From the NCBI GenBank assembly GCA_965208905.1, contig OZ242365.1, positions 1,984,001-2,048,000 on the forward strand: a stretch of 64,000 nucleotides of DNA. The letters run 5' to 3'. Under the pieces are notes generated by a model. The model searched no databases. It was not told where the DNA came from and saw nothing but the letters and a program-made list of their open reading frames with translations. Source of the DNA: Nitrosopumilaceae archaeon (GTDB lineage Archaea; Thermoproteota; Nitrososphaeria; Nitrososphaerales; Nitrosopumilaceae). Positions 28,318-39,103 of the stretch are shown one piece after another (within the stretch, counting starts at the first letter, position 1; each line of letters begins with the position of its first letter). A program made the position numbers and the translations under genes.

Positions 28318-29502
28318 TCAAGGATTGACTCGCCGAATATACTTTGCAGGATCCTTTAATTCGGCAGTACTAGGAGGAGTATCTAGCATCTTTGCAAATG
28401 ATGCATCGCCCATACTCTTCACCAAGTATTCAACAAACTCCGTTCCCATATCTTTACGGACCTGATATGTTGTGGTACTTGCAGGCATGAATGTATTTTT
28501 ATACTCCAAATAATCTGAATCATTCTCCAAAATATTCTTCAGTGTATAGGCTGCCATACCCTCCATCACAGTGAATGCGGCATGATGTCGCTGTATGTGA
28601 GGAAGCCATTCCATGTATAGGTCAGTGAGTTTTGGTACATATTCAGATATTTTTGCATCTACGTTTACATGTGTAAAAGTCATAATGTCCGGGCCAATCT
28701 GGTTATGCAGAAAGTGATCCGGATTTAAAAAGAAGAATAAATTAGCTTTTTGCGCAAAAGGAAACTCATCCGGAACAGGTTGTAGTTTCAGATATGCAGA
28801 TAGTGCCTTTACGTCGTTACCGTCCATATCTAGTATTGTTTGAGCAATCTTTTCATTGATTATGTTAACGCCAATTGCCGCCTGACGGTTCTGCTCATAC
28901 AGTGATCTCTGCATCGAGTGGATAGACTCTTCGAGAACTGTCATCTTTACGGCTCCAATATATCCAGAGCGTACGCGTTCATAGTTGGATTGTGCACTCC
29001 CCATCTTGTAAAGTATTATTCCAGGATATCGTTTTAGTATGAATTTATTGATAAATATGACATCATCCATATAGTCTCCATACGTGGTGGTTATTTTGGA
29101 TATGTATTGTATGGCATATGTGGAATATACCAAATATTTAGCCGGACTTGTTTCAATTAATTTTATAATACGACCAGCATCAAATGCAGATACGGCGCCA
29201 AACAATTCAGCAACAAATTGTTTAGAATCTGCATTACAGAATACTTTTCTGCCCTTTATGGTCTTTAATTCTGCCAACTCTGGATATTCTAAACGAACGT
29301 TCTTGTTTGGAGGCAGTTGTAAAAAGTCGGCAGCTTGTTGCTGCATAGTCGGGAATACTTGGCCTGCTACGGATTCGAGAGTCTCAAATGTGGGCGCATC
29401 ATCAGGTATACTCTCGTAGATTTTACTAATTTCAGACTCCTCGTTTAGTTCTACATGCATCTGATCAAAGAGCGCCTCTACAAAATCTTCATACTCTGTC
29501 AA
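28318..29502 (-). CDS. hypothetical protein, distantly zincin/DUF2342-like
   Basis: LEESIHSMQ (HExxH-like) and TVMEGMAAY; C-terminal PPSTAELKDPAKYI. Confidence 0.7.
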   Translation of the reverse strand: MTEYEDFVEALFDQMHVELNEESEISKIYESIPDDAPTFETLESVAGQVFPTMQQQAADFLQLPPNKNVRLEYPELAELKTIKGRKVFCNADSKQFVAELFGAVSAFDAGRIIKLIETSPAKYLVYSTYAIQYISKITTTYGDYMDDVIFINKFILKRYPGIILYKMGSAQSNYERVRSGYIGAVKMTVLEESIHSMQRSLYEQNRQAAIGVNIINEKIAQTILDMDGNDVKALSAYLKLQPVPDEFPFAQKANLFFFLNPDHFLHNQIGPDIMTFTHVNVDAKISEYVPKLTDLYMEWLPHIQRHHAAFTVMEGMAAYTLKNILENDSDYLEYKNTFMPASTTTYQVRKDMGTEFVEYLVKSMGDASFAKMLDTPPSTAELKDPAKYIRRVNP

Positions 29503-29557
29503 TTATCACACATGACATTCTGCCACATTTATTATTATCCGTGCAAAATTAGATGCA

Positions 29558-30352
29558 GTGTGGGAATTAAAGTGTGTAAAATGCCATAATGTATTGATCG
29601 CGCGCCATACATCAGACTTTTTGTTGTGTGATCATTGCCATACATTATACCCCATAATATCTGGTATCCCCATTTTAATAGACAATCTAACGTCTTACTT
29701 ATCAAGCAGACATTCGGTGGGCCTACAGATGATGCGACTATGTACGGGAGATACTCAAAGATTTATTGCCAAATGTATGCCAGCGGACTGCCAAGACAAC
29801 ATGGGCGCCGCAGAACGCCGCTGGGCGGCAATATACGCGGCCAACTCGACATCAAGTATGTACAAGATAATTCTAAAACATATACCAAAAGGATTCAGCA
29901 TACTAGAGATGGGGTGCTCGGCCGGTAACCTACAGCACGATAATATGTTGATGGGGGTCGACATGTCGTTTCCTGCTTTGACATACGCAAAGAGAAAGTC
30001 TCCAAACGTCAGATATGTACTGGCAGATATCAGTCAGGGCAGGTTTAGTACACATGATGTTGTGGTTGCACTCAACATGCTAGATGTGGTGGAGCCACAC
30101 GTGCTGCTGAAGAGTATGATATCACATGCAACAAGATATATCGTGCTGTCTGACCCGTACGACTATAGCCGGGGAGAGAGTACTGTAAAAACACCCATGG
30201 ACAGCATTACTATACGGGAGCATATACAACACTTGGGCTTTCAGATTTCAGATGATACTGCGCAACCATCATTTGTACCATGGGAGATACGCATCAACTC
30301 CCGCACATCGGTCAGATATCTTGTAGACATCATAGTAGCAAAAAGAGTATAA
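29558..30352 (+). CDS. Trm112-like Zn-ribbon fused to class I SAM methyltransferase domain
   Basis: CVKC/CDHC with YPIISGIPIL; LEMGCSAG; GVDMS. Confidence 0.8.
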   Translation: MWELKCVKCHNVLIARHTSDFLLCDHCHTLYPIISGIPILIDNLTSYLSSRHSVGLQMMRLCTGDTQRFIAKCMPADCQDNMGAAERRWAAIYAANSTSSMYKIILKHIPKGFSILEMGCSAGNLQHDNMLMGVDMSFPALTYAKRKSPNVRYVLADISQGRFSTHDVVVALNMLDVVEPHVLLKSMISHATRYIVLSDPYDYSRGESTVKTPMDSITIREHIQHLGFQISDDTAQPSFVPWEIRINSRTSVRYLVDIIVAKRV

Positions 30353-30459
30353 TGCCGGGGGCGGGTTTCGAACCCGCGACCTCCAGATTATGAGTTTTAC
30401 CTTTGGAGGGGAGTTCTTGACACCAAACTGGCACTCTAACCAGGCTGAGCTACCCCGGC
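30353..30459 (-). tRNA. elongator tRNA-Met(CAT) with 32-nt intron at non-canonical position 30/31 (intron 30396-30427)
   Basis: GCCGGGG/CCCCGGC acceptor stem; removing the intron restores CCAGA-CTCATAA-TCTGG; a bulge-helix-bulge can be drawn. Confidence 0.92.
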
Positions 30460-30685
30460 ACTACATTATGTGTATTATAACAGAAATTAAATGATTCTTT
30501 TTTGGTACGCATCAGGGGCCGATAACCCAGACATTCAAAGGCAAGCACGCATGCTGATAGTATTCCAGCACAGACATGCATACTGTACAAAGAATGCAGG
30601 TATGGTCTGACTGTAGATAGAATGTACGGCGTTTTTGATGTATAGTTTGGATGTCCATCAAACAATACTGCATTATAGAAACACA

Positions 30686-32368
30686 TCAGTCTGCATTATA
30701 CACGCCACTCTTTACTTGACGCCAAGATGTCTTCTCCTTTCCAACCCACAAAAACTTCTTTTGTAATGCAGTTGTGTACATCCTCTCCCATTCCATACTC
30801 ATCTCATCGGTCCAGGCCTTTAGAATTCGTGGGTCGATATAGTTGCGGAGTGATGTTCCAAGGTTATAGTCCTTGGTGTTTTGTGTCAAATTGATCAGGA
30901 GAGACTGTTTCTCCACACGTTCGCTGTGTTTTTGTCTTCTCTGTTTTATTAGTGCGCGAAGGCGTTTGAGTCGCTCACGCCGCCTCTGTTTCTGTTTTTC
31001 AGTCTTTGGATTGGCGGCTTTTATCTTTTTTATGGTTTCTTCAGTCTTTGCCCAGGTATTTTGTGCTTTTATTTTTTTAAGGTTGTCTTTCTTCTTCTGC
31101 AGAGACTGGTTGAACGTCTTTGGGATGGCCCGCTTGTGGTTACACCGTATGGCCGCTTGCAGATTTGCCATCTTAGCATGGTATAGTTTTTTGGGTGCAG
31201 ATGCCTTTTTCAGATCATCGTGTTCAGATAGATATTTGGCGACTACTCTTGTGGCCAGATATGTCCTGAATACCTTGGCGGTAACACCATCTATCACACC
31301 CGAGAGATACTTGTTTACTGTCTGGGATTTGATTCCATCAAATATTTCATCAGTTTCTTTTTTATTGCTAATTAAATCCAGTAGATTATCCTTGAACTGT
31401 ACCTCATGGTCTTTTAATAAAATCGTCTCTTGCCAGCGGACACTATCCTTACCTAGAAAATCTAATTTTATTGTATTTTTATCTATTTTGACATGTTCTT
31501 TACGCAGTGTAGTTGCCCCTACGGTATCGGCCTCTTCTTCGTTCTTTTCGTCCCCTACCCGCATGGCAGTACGATATATCAGATAACATACAGTGGCTAT
31601 CTTTGACTTTTTTTTGTCAGACATGTCACGGTATAATGACTCTTTTATTTTATCAATATTATTTGCCAGCATTATTGCTTTCTCATACTTTACTTTGTCC
31701 ATATTCTGTTTCTGTTTTGATGTGTCAGCTAACCAAACATACTTTGTCTTGCCAGTCAATTTGTCTGTCCATTTTGCCACCCAGACACCACTACGTTCAT
31801 GTACAATCCCACCCCAATCACCAGGTGGCAATTTGGCTTTTTTGTCTAGATTTAAAGTTACATCCTTCTGTGATATTCGGGGTTTCCATTTGCCTCGGAA
31901 AGGATGCTTCCCCCGACCAATAAATATTCCCGGCGGCTCAGCCATATAATTTCCCAGTTCCACCTCCTCGCCATCTATGACTGCCGTTCCATACTTTTGT
32001 TTGAGTTCCTCACGCTTTGCTTTGCGTCTAGCAGCCAACTCTTTTCTCTCCTCTTTTGTCAAGAGAAGTTTCATCTCCTTCTCCTGGTCTACTAGTCTGA
32101 ATGCATCTTCAAAGTCCAGATCTCTATGTCTAAATTTTATTTTTTTATCGAATGTACCCATGAAATCATTTACAAAATTTTTGCGGAATTCAGTATCCAA
32201 TACGTATGGCGTGTCCTTCTTTTTGGCCCACTGGTATACCATCTCTTCTTGTATATCGTTTAATTCCACAGACTTTCCTTTTATTTTAAATTTAATATTT
32301 TGACGTACATATGGTGGAGGCAGCAGTATGCCGTTGTGGCGCAGTGTCTTCCACTTTGGAGGATTCAT
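30686..32368 (-). CDS. DNA topoisomerase IB
   Basis: EPPGIFIGRGKHP, MRVGDEK, FLGKDS, KVFRTY, CNH, GTSLRNYIDPR (catalytic Tyr). Confidence 0.97.
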   Translation of the reverse strand: MNPPKWKTLRHNGILLPPPYVRQNIKFKIKGKSVELNDIQEEMVYQWAKKKDTPYVLDTEFRKNFVNDFMGTFDKKIKFRHRDLDFEDAFRLVDQEKEMKLLLTKEERKELAARRKAKREELKQKYGTAVIDGEEVELGNYMAEPPGIFIGRGKHPFRGKWKPRISQKDVTLNLDKKAKLPPGDWGGIVHERSGVWVAKWTDKLTGKTKYVWLADTSKQKQNMDKVKYEKAIMLANNIDKIKESLYRDMSDKKKSKIATVCYLIYRTAMRVGDEKNEEEADTVGATTLRKEHVKIDKNTIKLDFLGKDSVRWQETILLKDHEVQFKDNLLDLISNKKETDEIFDGIKSQTVNKYLSGVIDGVTAKVFRTYLATRVVAKYLSEHDDLKKASAPKKLYHAKMANLQAAIRCNHKRAIPKTFNQSLQKKKDNLKKIKAQNTWAKTEETIKKIKAANPKTEKQKQRRRERLKRLRALIKQRRQKHSERVEKQSLLINLTQNTKDYNLGTSLRNYIDPRILKAWTDEMSMEWERMYTTALQKKFLWVGKEKTSWRQVKSGVYNAD

Positions 32369-32380
32369 GGGTACGCCCTG

Positions 32381-33205
32381 TTATTGAGGAAATACCTCTC
32401 TTTTCATGAACTCTTCAAACTCAGCATCGGTTCTGGAACTTTTAGCATTCATAAACATTTCAGCATCCGCGCCGGCCACATACCGAGGTTGCATCTTCTC
32501 CTGATGTAGGGCATCAACTATTATATCTGCAACCACTTTTGGGTCAGTGCCCATCTGTACCATCATCTGCAGACCGGACATTATATGGTCCAGCATCTTT
32601 GCATATACTTTATCGTTAGATTGGGTCATCTTCATAGAGTCAAAGAATGATGTCTTTATCACCCCCGGCTCTATTATTGTGGTCTGTATGTTGAACTGAT
32701 CCAGCTCATACCTGAGACATTCAGTCAGTCCCTCTAGGGCAAACTTTGTGCTTATATATGCCGGTGAGCAAGGCAGGCCCATGCGTCCGACTACTGAACC
32801 TATATTTATAATTCTGCCCGACTTTTGGGCGCGCATATACGGTAAGACCTTCTGTATAATCGATACAACACCAAAGTAGTTGGTGTCAAACTGGCTCCTG
32901 AAGTCCGATAGTGAGGTATCCTCGACGGTGCCAAACTGGCCAAAGCCGGCATTATTTACCAGTACATCTATTGTACCTGACTGCTCTATTATTGAACTTA
33001 TGGCAGAAGATATGGAATCCTCATCGGTAACATCTAGTTGAGAGACCAAAATTTTTACCGACTCTTTGCTGGCAACGTTTTTAATTTTGTCATCTTTTGT
33101 AGTATCTCTCATGGTGGCATGTACAGTGTAGCCATCCTTGGCCAGAGCAATGGCTGTGCATAGTCCTATACCAGATGAGCATCCTGTGATCAGTGCAGTC
33201 TTCAT
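32381..33205 (-). CDS. short-chain dehydrogenase/reductase
   Basis: TGCSSGIG, NNAG, YISTK. Confidence 0.95.
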   Translation of the reverse strand: MKTALITGCSSGIGLCTAIALAKDGYTVHATMRDTTKDDKIKNVASKESVKILVSQLDVTDEDSISSAISSIIEQSGTIDVLVNNAGFGQFGTVEDTSLSDFRSQFDTNYFGVVSIIQKVLPYMRAQKSGRIINIGSVVGRMGLPCSPAYISTKFALEGLTECLRYELDQFNIQTTIIEPGVIKTSFFDSMKMTQSNDKVYAKMLDHIMSGLQMMVQMGTDPKVVADIIVDALHQEKMQPRYVAGADAEMFMNAKSSRTDAEFEEFMKREVFPQ

Positions 33206-33252
33206 GAAAAATCAAACAATTGAGCCATATTTATCCCCATGCGCGGCATACA

Positions 33253-35919
33253 TCACATATCATACAGTTGATTGCCAAATCCATCCTCTAGACGACCTCT
33301 ATCGCCATGCATAATACTCTCTAGGACCTTTAGGGCTCCAAGTTTATTGAGCTGTTCGTTGTTAAGGCCACAACGGTACGAATATGTACATTGGGGACAG
33401 CCCGAATCACTCTCACATGGACATTGTCTTAGTATCTGAGCACTTCGCTCTATCACCATCTCTATCTTGTCGTATAATGTTCGGGTAGCACCGTTTCCAC
33501 CAACGGCACCATCATACACAAATATTGCACCTGTACCACCCAGAGATATTCCGCCCATATCTTGCGCAACACCGCCGATTATCATATTACCACCCTCTAT
33601 AATGACATGTTCAACGGCATGACATGCAGATAGACTGTATCTGCCAGATGCATCACTGGAGGGCGATATCTCATCGGAGGTGGATGTATCATGCATGGGT
33701 ACGCAGAACACCAGGCCCTTGGTGATAAAATCGTACGAGTGGGGCGCATCCAAGAGTATTAGTTCTTCCTTGCCAGATCTATCTTTTGTGTAGTATCCAC
33801 TAACAGTCTGGAGTATACTCAGTGTGCAGTGAGCTATCTGTGTATTCCACATGGTTTTGGTATCATGTATCTTTACAATCGTGGGGTTTTTTGTGGAATG
33901 TGGGTGTGTGCTGGGTCGGGACATAGTTGTCGTCTTTAGATGCGCCATCTTTGAGGCGGATACATCTAGATTTATCACCTCATATGGTAGACCACTCATG
34001 TAATATGTAGCGCCGGTATGCAGTTCGTTCAGAGCCATGGGGAGGGCGCGGGTACCTTGAGCCCTACCATCTATTATTATACGTATACTCTCACCCATAC
34101 CACGTATGCTGTACTCTTCAAGTTGGCGGTATATCTTGTCACGCATTGGAATAATGTTTCCGTCACGATTCTGTACCAGTCCCGCATCAGCACATCGCTG
34201 TATGGCCGGATGATGTTCCAGAGGCACGTCACTTATGCGTAGAGGTGCATCAAGAGACATGGCTGCCATATGATACTCTTGTACTATGGGATTTGTGGGA
34301 TCTATATACAGCAGTTCAGCATCCTCAAAGTAGTCTTGGGGATTACGCTCATAGTATGTAGACATGGGATCATTGCCCAGTGCCAGTACAGCATACCCAC
34401 GACGGTCTCGGCGGGCAGCCCGTCCGACTCGCTGTAGCAGTCGATTTACAGGGACCAGTGATGATACTACTCCATCCACTGCACCAATATCAATACCCAG
34501 CTCCAAGGTAGGAGTGCAAGAGATGGCCATCAAGCCTCCGTTCTTGAATCTGTCTTCAATTTTGTGGCGTTCCTGCACTGGTATGCCAGAGCGATGCACA
34601 GATACATCAAGGCCACTCCTTTTGGCATTCAACGAAATCAACTCTGCTCCGCGGTGTGAGTTGCTAAACACAAGTGTTTTGTGTTTTTGTGAGATGAGTT
34701 GTCGAGTCACGTGTAGTATCATATCACGCTTATTTTCATCTGATGCAGACATCATTATGATGTCTATACGGCCCCGTCTTTGATCTGTCTTAATTAGTTC
34801 TACATCACGGTCCAAAAGGGCAGAGCAGAACCGAACTGGTTCATTTATTGTAGCGGATGCAGCCACCATCTGTAACGGATGCATACAGACACGATCAAGT
34901 CTTTTAATCAAGTGGTGAACGTTACTGCCAAATATTCCAGAGTACGTATGAACCTCATCTACCACCAATATACGGACATTATACAACAACTCTGCAAATC
35001 TAGATTGGCGTGGAAGGTGATAGTTTATGACATCAAAGTTCGTTATCAAGATGTGAGGTGGGGATTTTAGTATACGCTCCCGGGTCACATATGGTGTATC
35101 ACCATCAAAGATTGCGACTCTCACTCCCACCGATGCAGCCATGGTCTGTATTTTGGCAAGTTGGTCTTTGGCTAATGCCTTTGTTGGATATACAATCAAG
35201 GCAAACATTGGACTCTTTACCTCGGAGGACATCTGTATAATTGGGATCAAAAACGACTCGGTCTTGCCAGATGCAGTGGGGGCAACCACGACAACATCCT
35301 TCCCGCTTATGATAGCACCATACGACTCTTGTTGAAATTTATACAGATTTGATATGCCATTATTCTCAAGATACTCTGCGAGTTTTGGATTAGTCGTTAG
35401 CTGGTGTGGTGTTTGACCAGGTTCAGGTCCAGAGGAATCAGATACAACATATTGACAGACATAGTATTTTTGTGTAAACAGAAGGTTTCGAGTTATTTTA
35501 TCTGGATTTTTGCCCTTTATCATCGCTACAATATCGGCTTTGGGACGGCATCTGGGCGGGTCTGTTGTAGTAGCCAGCTGTCTCTGTGATACATCAGTGA
35601 TGGTGTTGGGTTTTTGCGTTACAGTGGGCTCTACCGGTGTAGTAGGTGTTGTGGTAGACGATATCTGGGTGGCGGATGTCTTTGTTTGTACGGCTTTGAG
35701 GGGTTTTGCTGTACCAGTGGATTTGTCTCTTTTGTCATGGCCAGTATCTTTTGTGCGTCTATCCATTATGTGTAAGAATTTTAAAAATGCAGTGTTTGGT
35801 TCACCCGCATCATCAGGTATAGCATGCGAAATTCCACAGGCACAAGATATGAAACATCTTCCATGGCTGGACCGCACAACCATGGACGAGCCACATTCGG
35901 GGCAAGCGTATTTGACCAT
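33253..35919 (-). CDS. Hrq1/SftH-like DEAD/DEAH helicase with DUF1998 and N-terminal Zn ribbon
   Basis: APTASGKT, YPTKALA, DEVH, SAT, TLELGIDIG, QRVGRAAR; C-terminal CPC..GCPQC...C. Confidence 0.92.
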   Translation of the reverse strand: MVKYACPECGSSMVVRSSHGRCFISCACGISHAIPDDAGEPNTAFLKFLHIMDRRTKDTGHDKRDKSTGTAKPLKAVQTKTSATQISSTTTPTTPVEPTVTQKPNTITDVSQRQLATTTDPPRCRPKADIVAMIKGKNPDKITRNLLFTQKYYVCQYVVSDSSGPEPGQTPHQLTTNPKLAEYLENNGISNLYKFQQESYGAIISGKDVVVVAPTASGKTESFLIPIIQMSSEVKSPMFALIVYPTKALAKDQLAKIQTMAASVGVRVAIFDGDTPYVTRERILKSPPHILITNFDVINYHLPRQSRFAELLYNVRILVVDEVHTYSGIFGSNVHHLIKRLDRVCMHPLQMVAASATINEPVRFCSALLDRDVELIKTDQRRGRIDIIMMSASDENKRDMILHVTRQLISQKHKTLVFSNSHRGAELISLNAKRSGLDVSVHRSGIPVQERHKIEDRFKNGGLMAISCTPTLELGIDIGAVDGVVSSLVPVNRLLQRVGRAARRDRRGYAVLALGNDPMSTYYERNPQDYFEDAELLYIDPTNPIVQEYHMAAMSLDAPLRISDVPLEHHPAIQRCADAGLVQNRDGNIIPMRDKIYRQLEEYSIRGMGESIRIIIDGRAQGTRALPMALNELHTGATYYMSGLPYEVINLDVSASKMAHLKTTTMSRPSTHPHSTKNPTIVKIHDTKTMWNTQIAHCTLSILQTVSGYYTKDRSGKEELILLDAPHSYDFITKGLVFCVPMHDTSTSDEISPSSDASGRYSLSACHAVEHVIIEGGNMIIGGVAQDMGGISLGGTGAIFVYDGAVGGNGATRTLYDKIEMVIERSAQILRQCPCESDSGCPQCTYSYRCGLNNEQLNKLGALKVLESIMHGDRGRLEDGFGNQLYDM

Positions 35920-35953
35920 TACAGTATGTTAAGACATGATGCATCTATTTAGA

Positions 35954-36286
35954 TTAGTTGTCATCAGGTTTAGATGGTCCTCCAATCTTGTCTTGTATGG
36001 CTTTTTTAAGATCGATAGTGGAGAGATTTGTATAATCAATATTCAGCGACTCGGCCATGGCTTCAAGTTTTTGACGTTCTGTCTTTACAGGTCCACTCAT
36101 TCGAATAGTAAGGTCGGGGCGTGCCTGCTGTATAATGTCATTTTTGGCCTTCTCTATGTCTGCGGCTACACGGCCCATCTTTTTAGCGGCGGCGGGTAGC
36201 TTGCCGGTGCCCAACAAAAGTACAAGTGCAGCAAAGACAACTATGATCCACTCAGTTCCTATAATGTTAAGATAAATCTGTTCCAA
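35954..36286 (-). CDS. tatA: twin-arginine translocase TatA/E family subunit
   Basis: IIGTEWIIVVFAALVLLLGTGKLPAAAKKMG. Confidence 0.85.
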   Translation of the reverse strand: MEQIYLNIIGTEWIIVVFAALVLLLGTGKLPAAAKKMGRVAADIEKAKNDIIQQARPDLTIRMSGPVKTERQKLEAMAESLNIDYTNLSTIDLKKAIQDKIGGPSKPDDN

Positions 36287-36499
36287 TCAGATACAGATAT
36301 CATTGTTTCAAAATTAAATTTTGCCACAAGTTTAGGAGAATGATATCAAAAAGTAGTCACAGCCAGCCCAATACATAAGAGTTTATGCGTAATCGAATCA
36401 TGATGTATAATACCGTACATATAAATACCACAAACTCTAATCATATGTATGGGTGTAATAGTACACACCATCTATACAACACATGACAGTGTATATCTT

Positions 36500-36697
36500 T
36501 TAGGTGGCTTGCTACATTATGTCCTTAACATCATGCGGTTGTTAGAGGGCCGTAGTGCAGATGCTAGATGGCATCTGTCGGGGGCGCACAAACCGGAACG
36601 CCAGAATTTCGTCGGTGATGAGTCGATGGGCTGTACCGGGGTGGGCGGTGCCGGTCAGCACGGGCCGGGACCACCCAATGCTGCCAAGTTGTGCAAT
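36500..36697. repeat. structured intergenic element, homologous to 40216-40329 and partly to 16176-16340
   Basis: Several hairpins (CAGATGC/GCATCTG; TCGTCGGT/GTCGATGG; GGGTGG/CCACCC); about 60% identity over 115 nt to 40216-40329 by hand alignment. Confidence 0.6.
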
Positions 36698-37398
36698 TAC
36701 GCATAAACTCTAGATTTGTATGCAACCACCATTACAGCTCCGCCCATCATGCCCTTTTGAATTTGTACAGACTCATACTTTTCTAATAATATCTCTTTGA
36801 GTGAGTTGTTTGTGGGCCATTTTTTGTAGGTATCGTATAAGGCCGCGAACTTTAGGCCCAATCGACCTCCTGCCATCAGTGCCAATACAGGCAATATCAT
36901 TCGAAGATAAAACGAGACGCCAGCACGAATTATAATATTATCGGGTTTGCCTAAATCCACCACTATAAGTCGGCCTCCATCCTTTGTCACACGATGCAGT
37001 TCGCCGACAGCCACACGAAGATTGATGGCATCACGTAACGAGTAACCACACATTACAGCATCAAAGGTCTTGTCACGAAATGGAAGATGCTCAAATATCC
37101 CATTTGTCATGTCAGGAGCAGTATCAAACACATTCAAAGTGTTGCGCAGCATTGGAAGGAGTGGATCATACATCACAATAGATAGATTGTTACACAATTC
37201 CATGGCAGTCTTTGACATATTGCCAAATCCCGAACCAGCATCAAGTATGACATTATTATCACTCACTTCTCCCCGTATGCCATTGCGCCGATACTCCTTA
37301 TCATGGCCCAAAGAGATGTACGCATTTACTTTGTCATATACTGGGATTATATCTCGTAAAATATCAACAACATGGCCCCATCGCTCCTCTAGGCCCAA
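36697..37398 (-). CDS. UbiE/MenG-like class I methyltransferase
   Basis: YDKVNAYISLG, LDAGSGFG, HLPFRDKTFDAV. Confidence 0.9.
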   Translation of the reverse strand: MGLEERWGHVVDILRDIIPVYDKVNAYISLGHDKEYRRNGIRGEVSDNNVILDAGSGFGNMSKTAMELCNNLSIVMYDPLLPMLRNTLNVFDTAPDMTNGIFEHLPFRDKTFDAVMCGYSLRDAINLRVAVGELHRVTKDGGRLIVVDLGKPDNIIIRAGVSFYLRMILPVLALMAGGRLGLKFAALYDTYKKWPTNNSLKEILLEKYESVQIQKGMMGGAVMVVAYKSRVYA

Positions 37399-37404
37399 TC
37401 TGTA

Positions 37405-38127
37405 TCAAGTTCCAGAATTTTTCACATAGGAGCTCAGTTCAGCGTCGGGTATTCTTTCAAACGTCTTTGATTTTGCAGTTATCTTTGCCATCTTGATGTT
37501 GGTCACATTATCCATATCCTTGCGCTTCTGAGTTATTGCAGATATGGTGAGTGCAGCTGCCGCGTCCAGTGTGATATCAAATGTATAGTTCTTCTCCAAA
37601 AACAGGTTGACATCATCAGATCCTGCACCAATGGCCACTGCAGCATATGATACAAATGTTCCACTGGGATCTGTCACGTAGACTGCCTCTTTTTGATCAA
37701 CGCCGGCTATAATGAGAGATACGCCGTTGGGTCTCACTCCCGAATACTGCGTAAACTGGTGAGACTGATCCGCCAAATACTTTGCTATGGAATTTATGCT
37801 GGCTTCCTCATCATACGCCAATCTATTATTCTGCGCAAAGAGGCGTGCATTGTCCACCATTATACGGGCATCAGGAATATAGCCAGCCGCAGCCACGCCT
37901 ATGTGGTTGTCCACCTGGAATATCTTTTGTGTCTTGTCTATGGTCTGTAACGCACGGCTCTTCTCCTCGACGGCCATTACAACACCTTCAGAACTGATCA
38001 GACCTATTGCCAGTGTTCCTCGCTTGACAGTCTCAATGGCATACTCAACCTGATATATACGACCATCCGGCGAATACATGGTAGGTGTCATATCATACCC
38101 ACGTGAAGCCATCATGCTCTTTATCAT
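37405..38127 (-). CDS. psmA: proteasome alpha subunit
   Basis: GYDMTPTMYSPDGRIYQVEYA, RPNGVSLIIAG, TDPSG. Confidence 0.97.
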   Translation of the reverse strand: MIKSMMASRGYDMTPTMYSPDGRIYQVEYAIETVKRGTLAIGLISSEGVVMAVEEKSRALQTIDKTQKIFQVDNHIGVAAAGYIPDARIMVDNARLFAQNNRLAYDEEASINSIAKYLADQSHQFTQYSGVRPNGVSLIIAGVDQKEAVYVTDPSGTFVSYAAVAIGAGSDDVNLFLEKNYTFDITLDAAAALTISAITQKRKDMDNVTNIKMAKITAKSKTFERIPDAELSSYVKNSGT

Positions 38128-38164
38128 TATTGAAGTTAATTTAAGGGTTCATAATCGAGACTTC

Positions 38165-38204
38165 GCCCACAAGACTGTCTACACTCCAAGACAGTCTGTC
38201 GGGC
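38165..38204. repeat. palindromic hairpin belonging to the dispersed element family
   Basis: GCCC-ACA-AGACTGTCT / AGACAGTCT-GTC-GGGC; reverse complement shares CCGACAGACTG(T)CTTGG with 16242-16257. Confidence 0.5.
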
Positions 38205-38344
38205 TCCTGTCGTATAACCATGATAAAATTAGTGTTTAACGCATACTCTTATGATAAATCCTAATGGCATGAAGAATTTCCCACACAAGGAATACTGCCA
38301 TTTCAGCGAGTGAATGATAAGAGGGATACCCACACAACATAGTA

Positions 38345-39103
38345 GTGAAGACTATTACGTATGTAATTTTAATTGGTATGGCCTTTACGGCCATACTGTC
38401 AAACGCCTTGTATGGTCATTACATTTATGGCTCACCGCATGAGCAGGCGCTCTCCAAATATGCAATATACGTACACCTAGATGCTCAGGGACCAAACACA
38501 TCAGCAAACATACTGTACGATGTGACTATATCATGGGATGGTACGCCGATACAGAATGATACTACACAGTACAACAGTAATAGTGTACAAAACATAGGAG
38601 GTCGTCAGGTAGTCTCACTACAACATGGCTTTTCAGACTGTCAGATTGGCTGGAGTCCGCCATTATATCGATATGGTGTAGACTGGTTACGAAGCACCAT
38701 AAACTACATCCAAGGGACGCAGTTGAATCAGGAGCCATATACTCCCATATTCGCAAATATACAGGGTGCTGCGCAGAGTATGGAGTCAAAGAGTCATGTT
38801 CAATTCATTCCCGTATGCACCAATGCAGAGTCAACATCGTTCCGCTACTCTGTATCGACGGATGCGTCATTTGATGTATACTTTGTCCCATCAGAGAGAT
38901 ATCTGGACAGATATATGGAACGCGACGGTACGTTTGATGCATATTCAGGATGCCACGCACTAAATAGACAGAGCCATACCGGGCTGTGTGATAACGTAGG
39001 TCCCAATTCAGGGATAATAATAGCACTCTCAGAGAATCCCAAGCATGTATTGACACGAGTGTTGGTTAGTTTGCACGAGATCACATCCAGCCCAGACGTC
39101 TAA
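38345..39103 (+). CDS. hypothetical secreted/membrane-anchored protein
   Basis: N-terminal hydrophobic helix; 252-aa ORF. Confidence 0.7.
   Translation: MKTITYVILIGMAFTAILSNALYGHYIYGSPHEQALSKYAIYVHLDAQGPNTSANILYDVTISWDGTPIQNDTTQYNSNSVQNIGGRQVVSLQHGFSDCQIGWSPPLYRYGVDWLRSTINYIQGTQLNQEPYTPIFANIQGAAQSMESKSHVQFIPVCTNAESTSFRYSVSTDASFDVYFVPSERYLDRYMERDGTFDAYSGCHALNRQSHTGLCDNVGPNSGIIIALSENPKHVLTRVLVSLHEITSSPDV

Noticed and set aside
30873-32303. Long antisense ORFs over topoisomerase IB (and similar ones over hsdR, DUF2070, SPFH, DUF1512, tbp)
   Set aside because: Shadow frames of well-supported genes on the opposite strand.
36500-36697. SRP RNA, RNase P RNA, hammerhead ribozyme or cobalamin riboswitch
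   Set aside because: Diagnostic motifs (SRP helix 8, GAGGAAAGTCC, CTGATGA..GAAA, B12 box) are absent on both strands.
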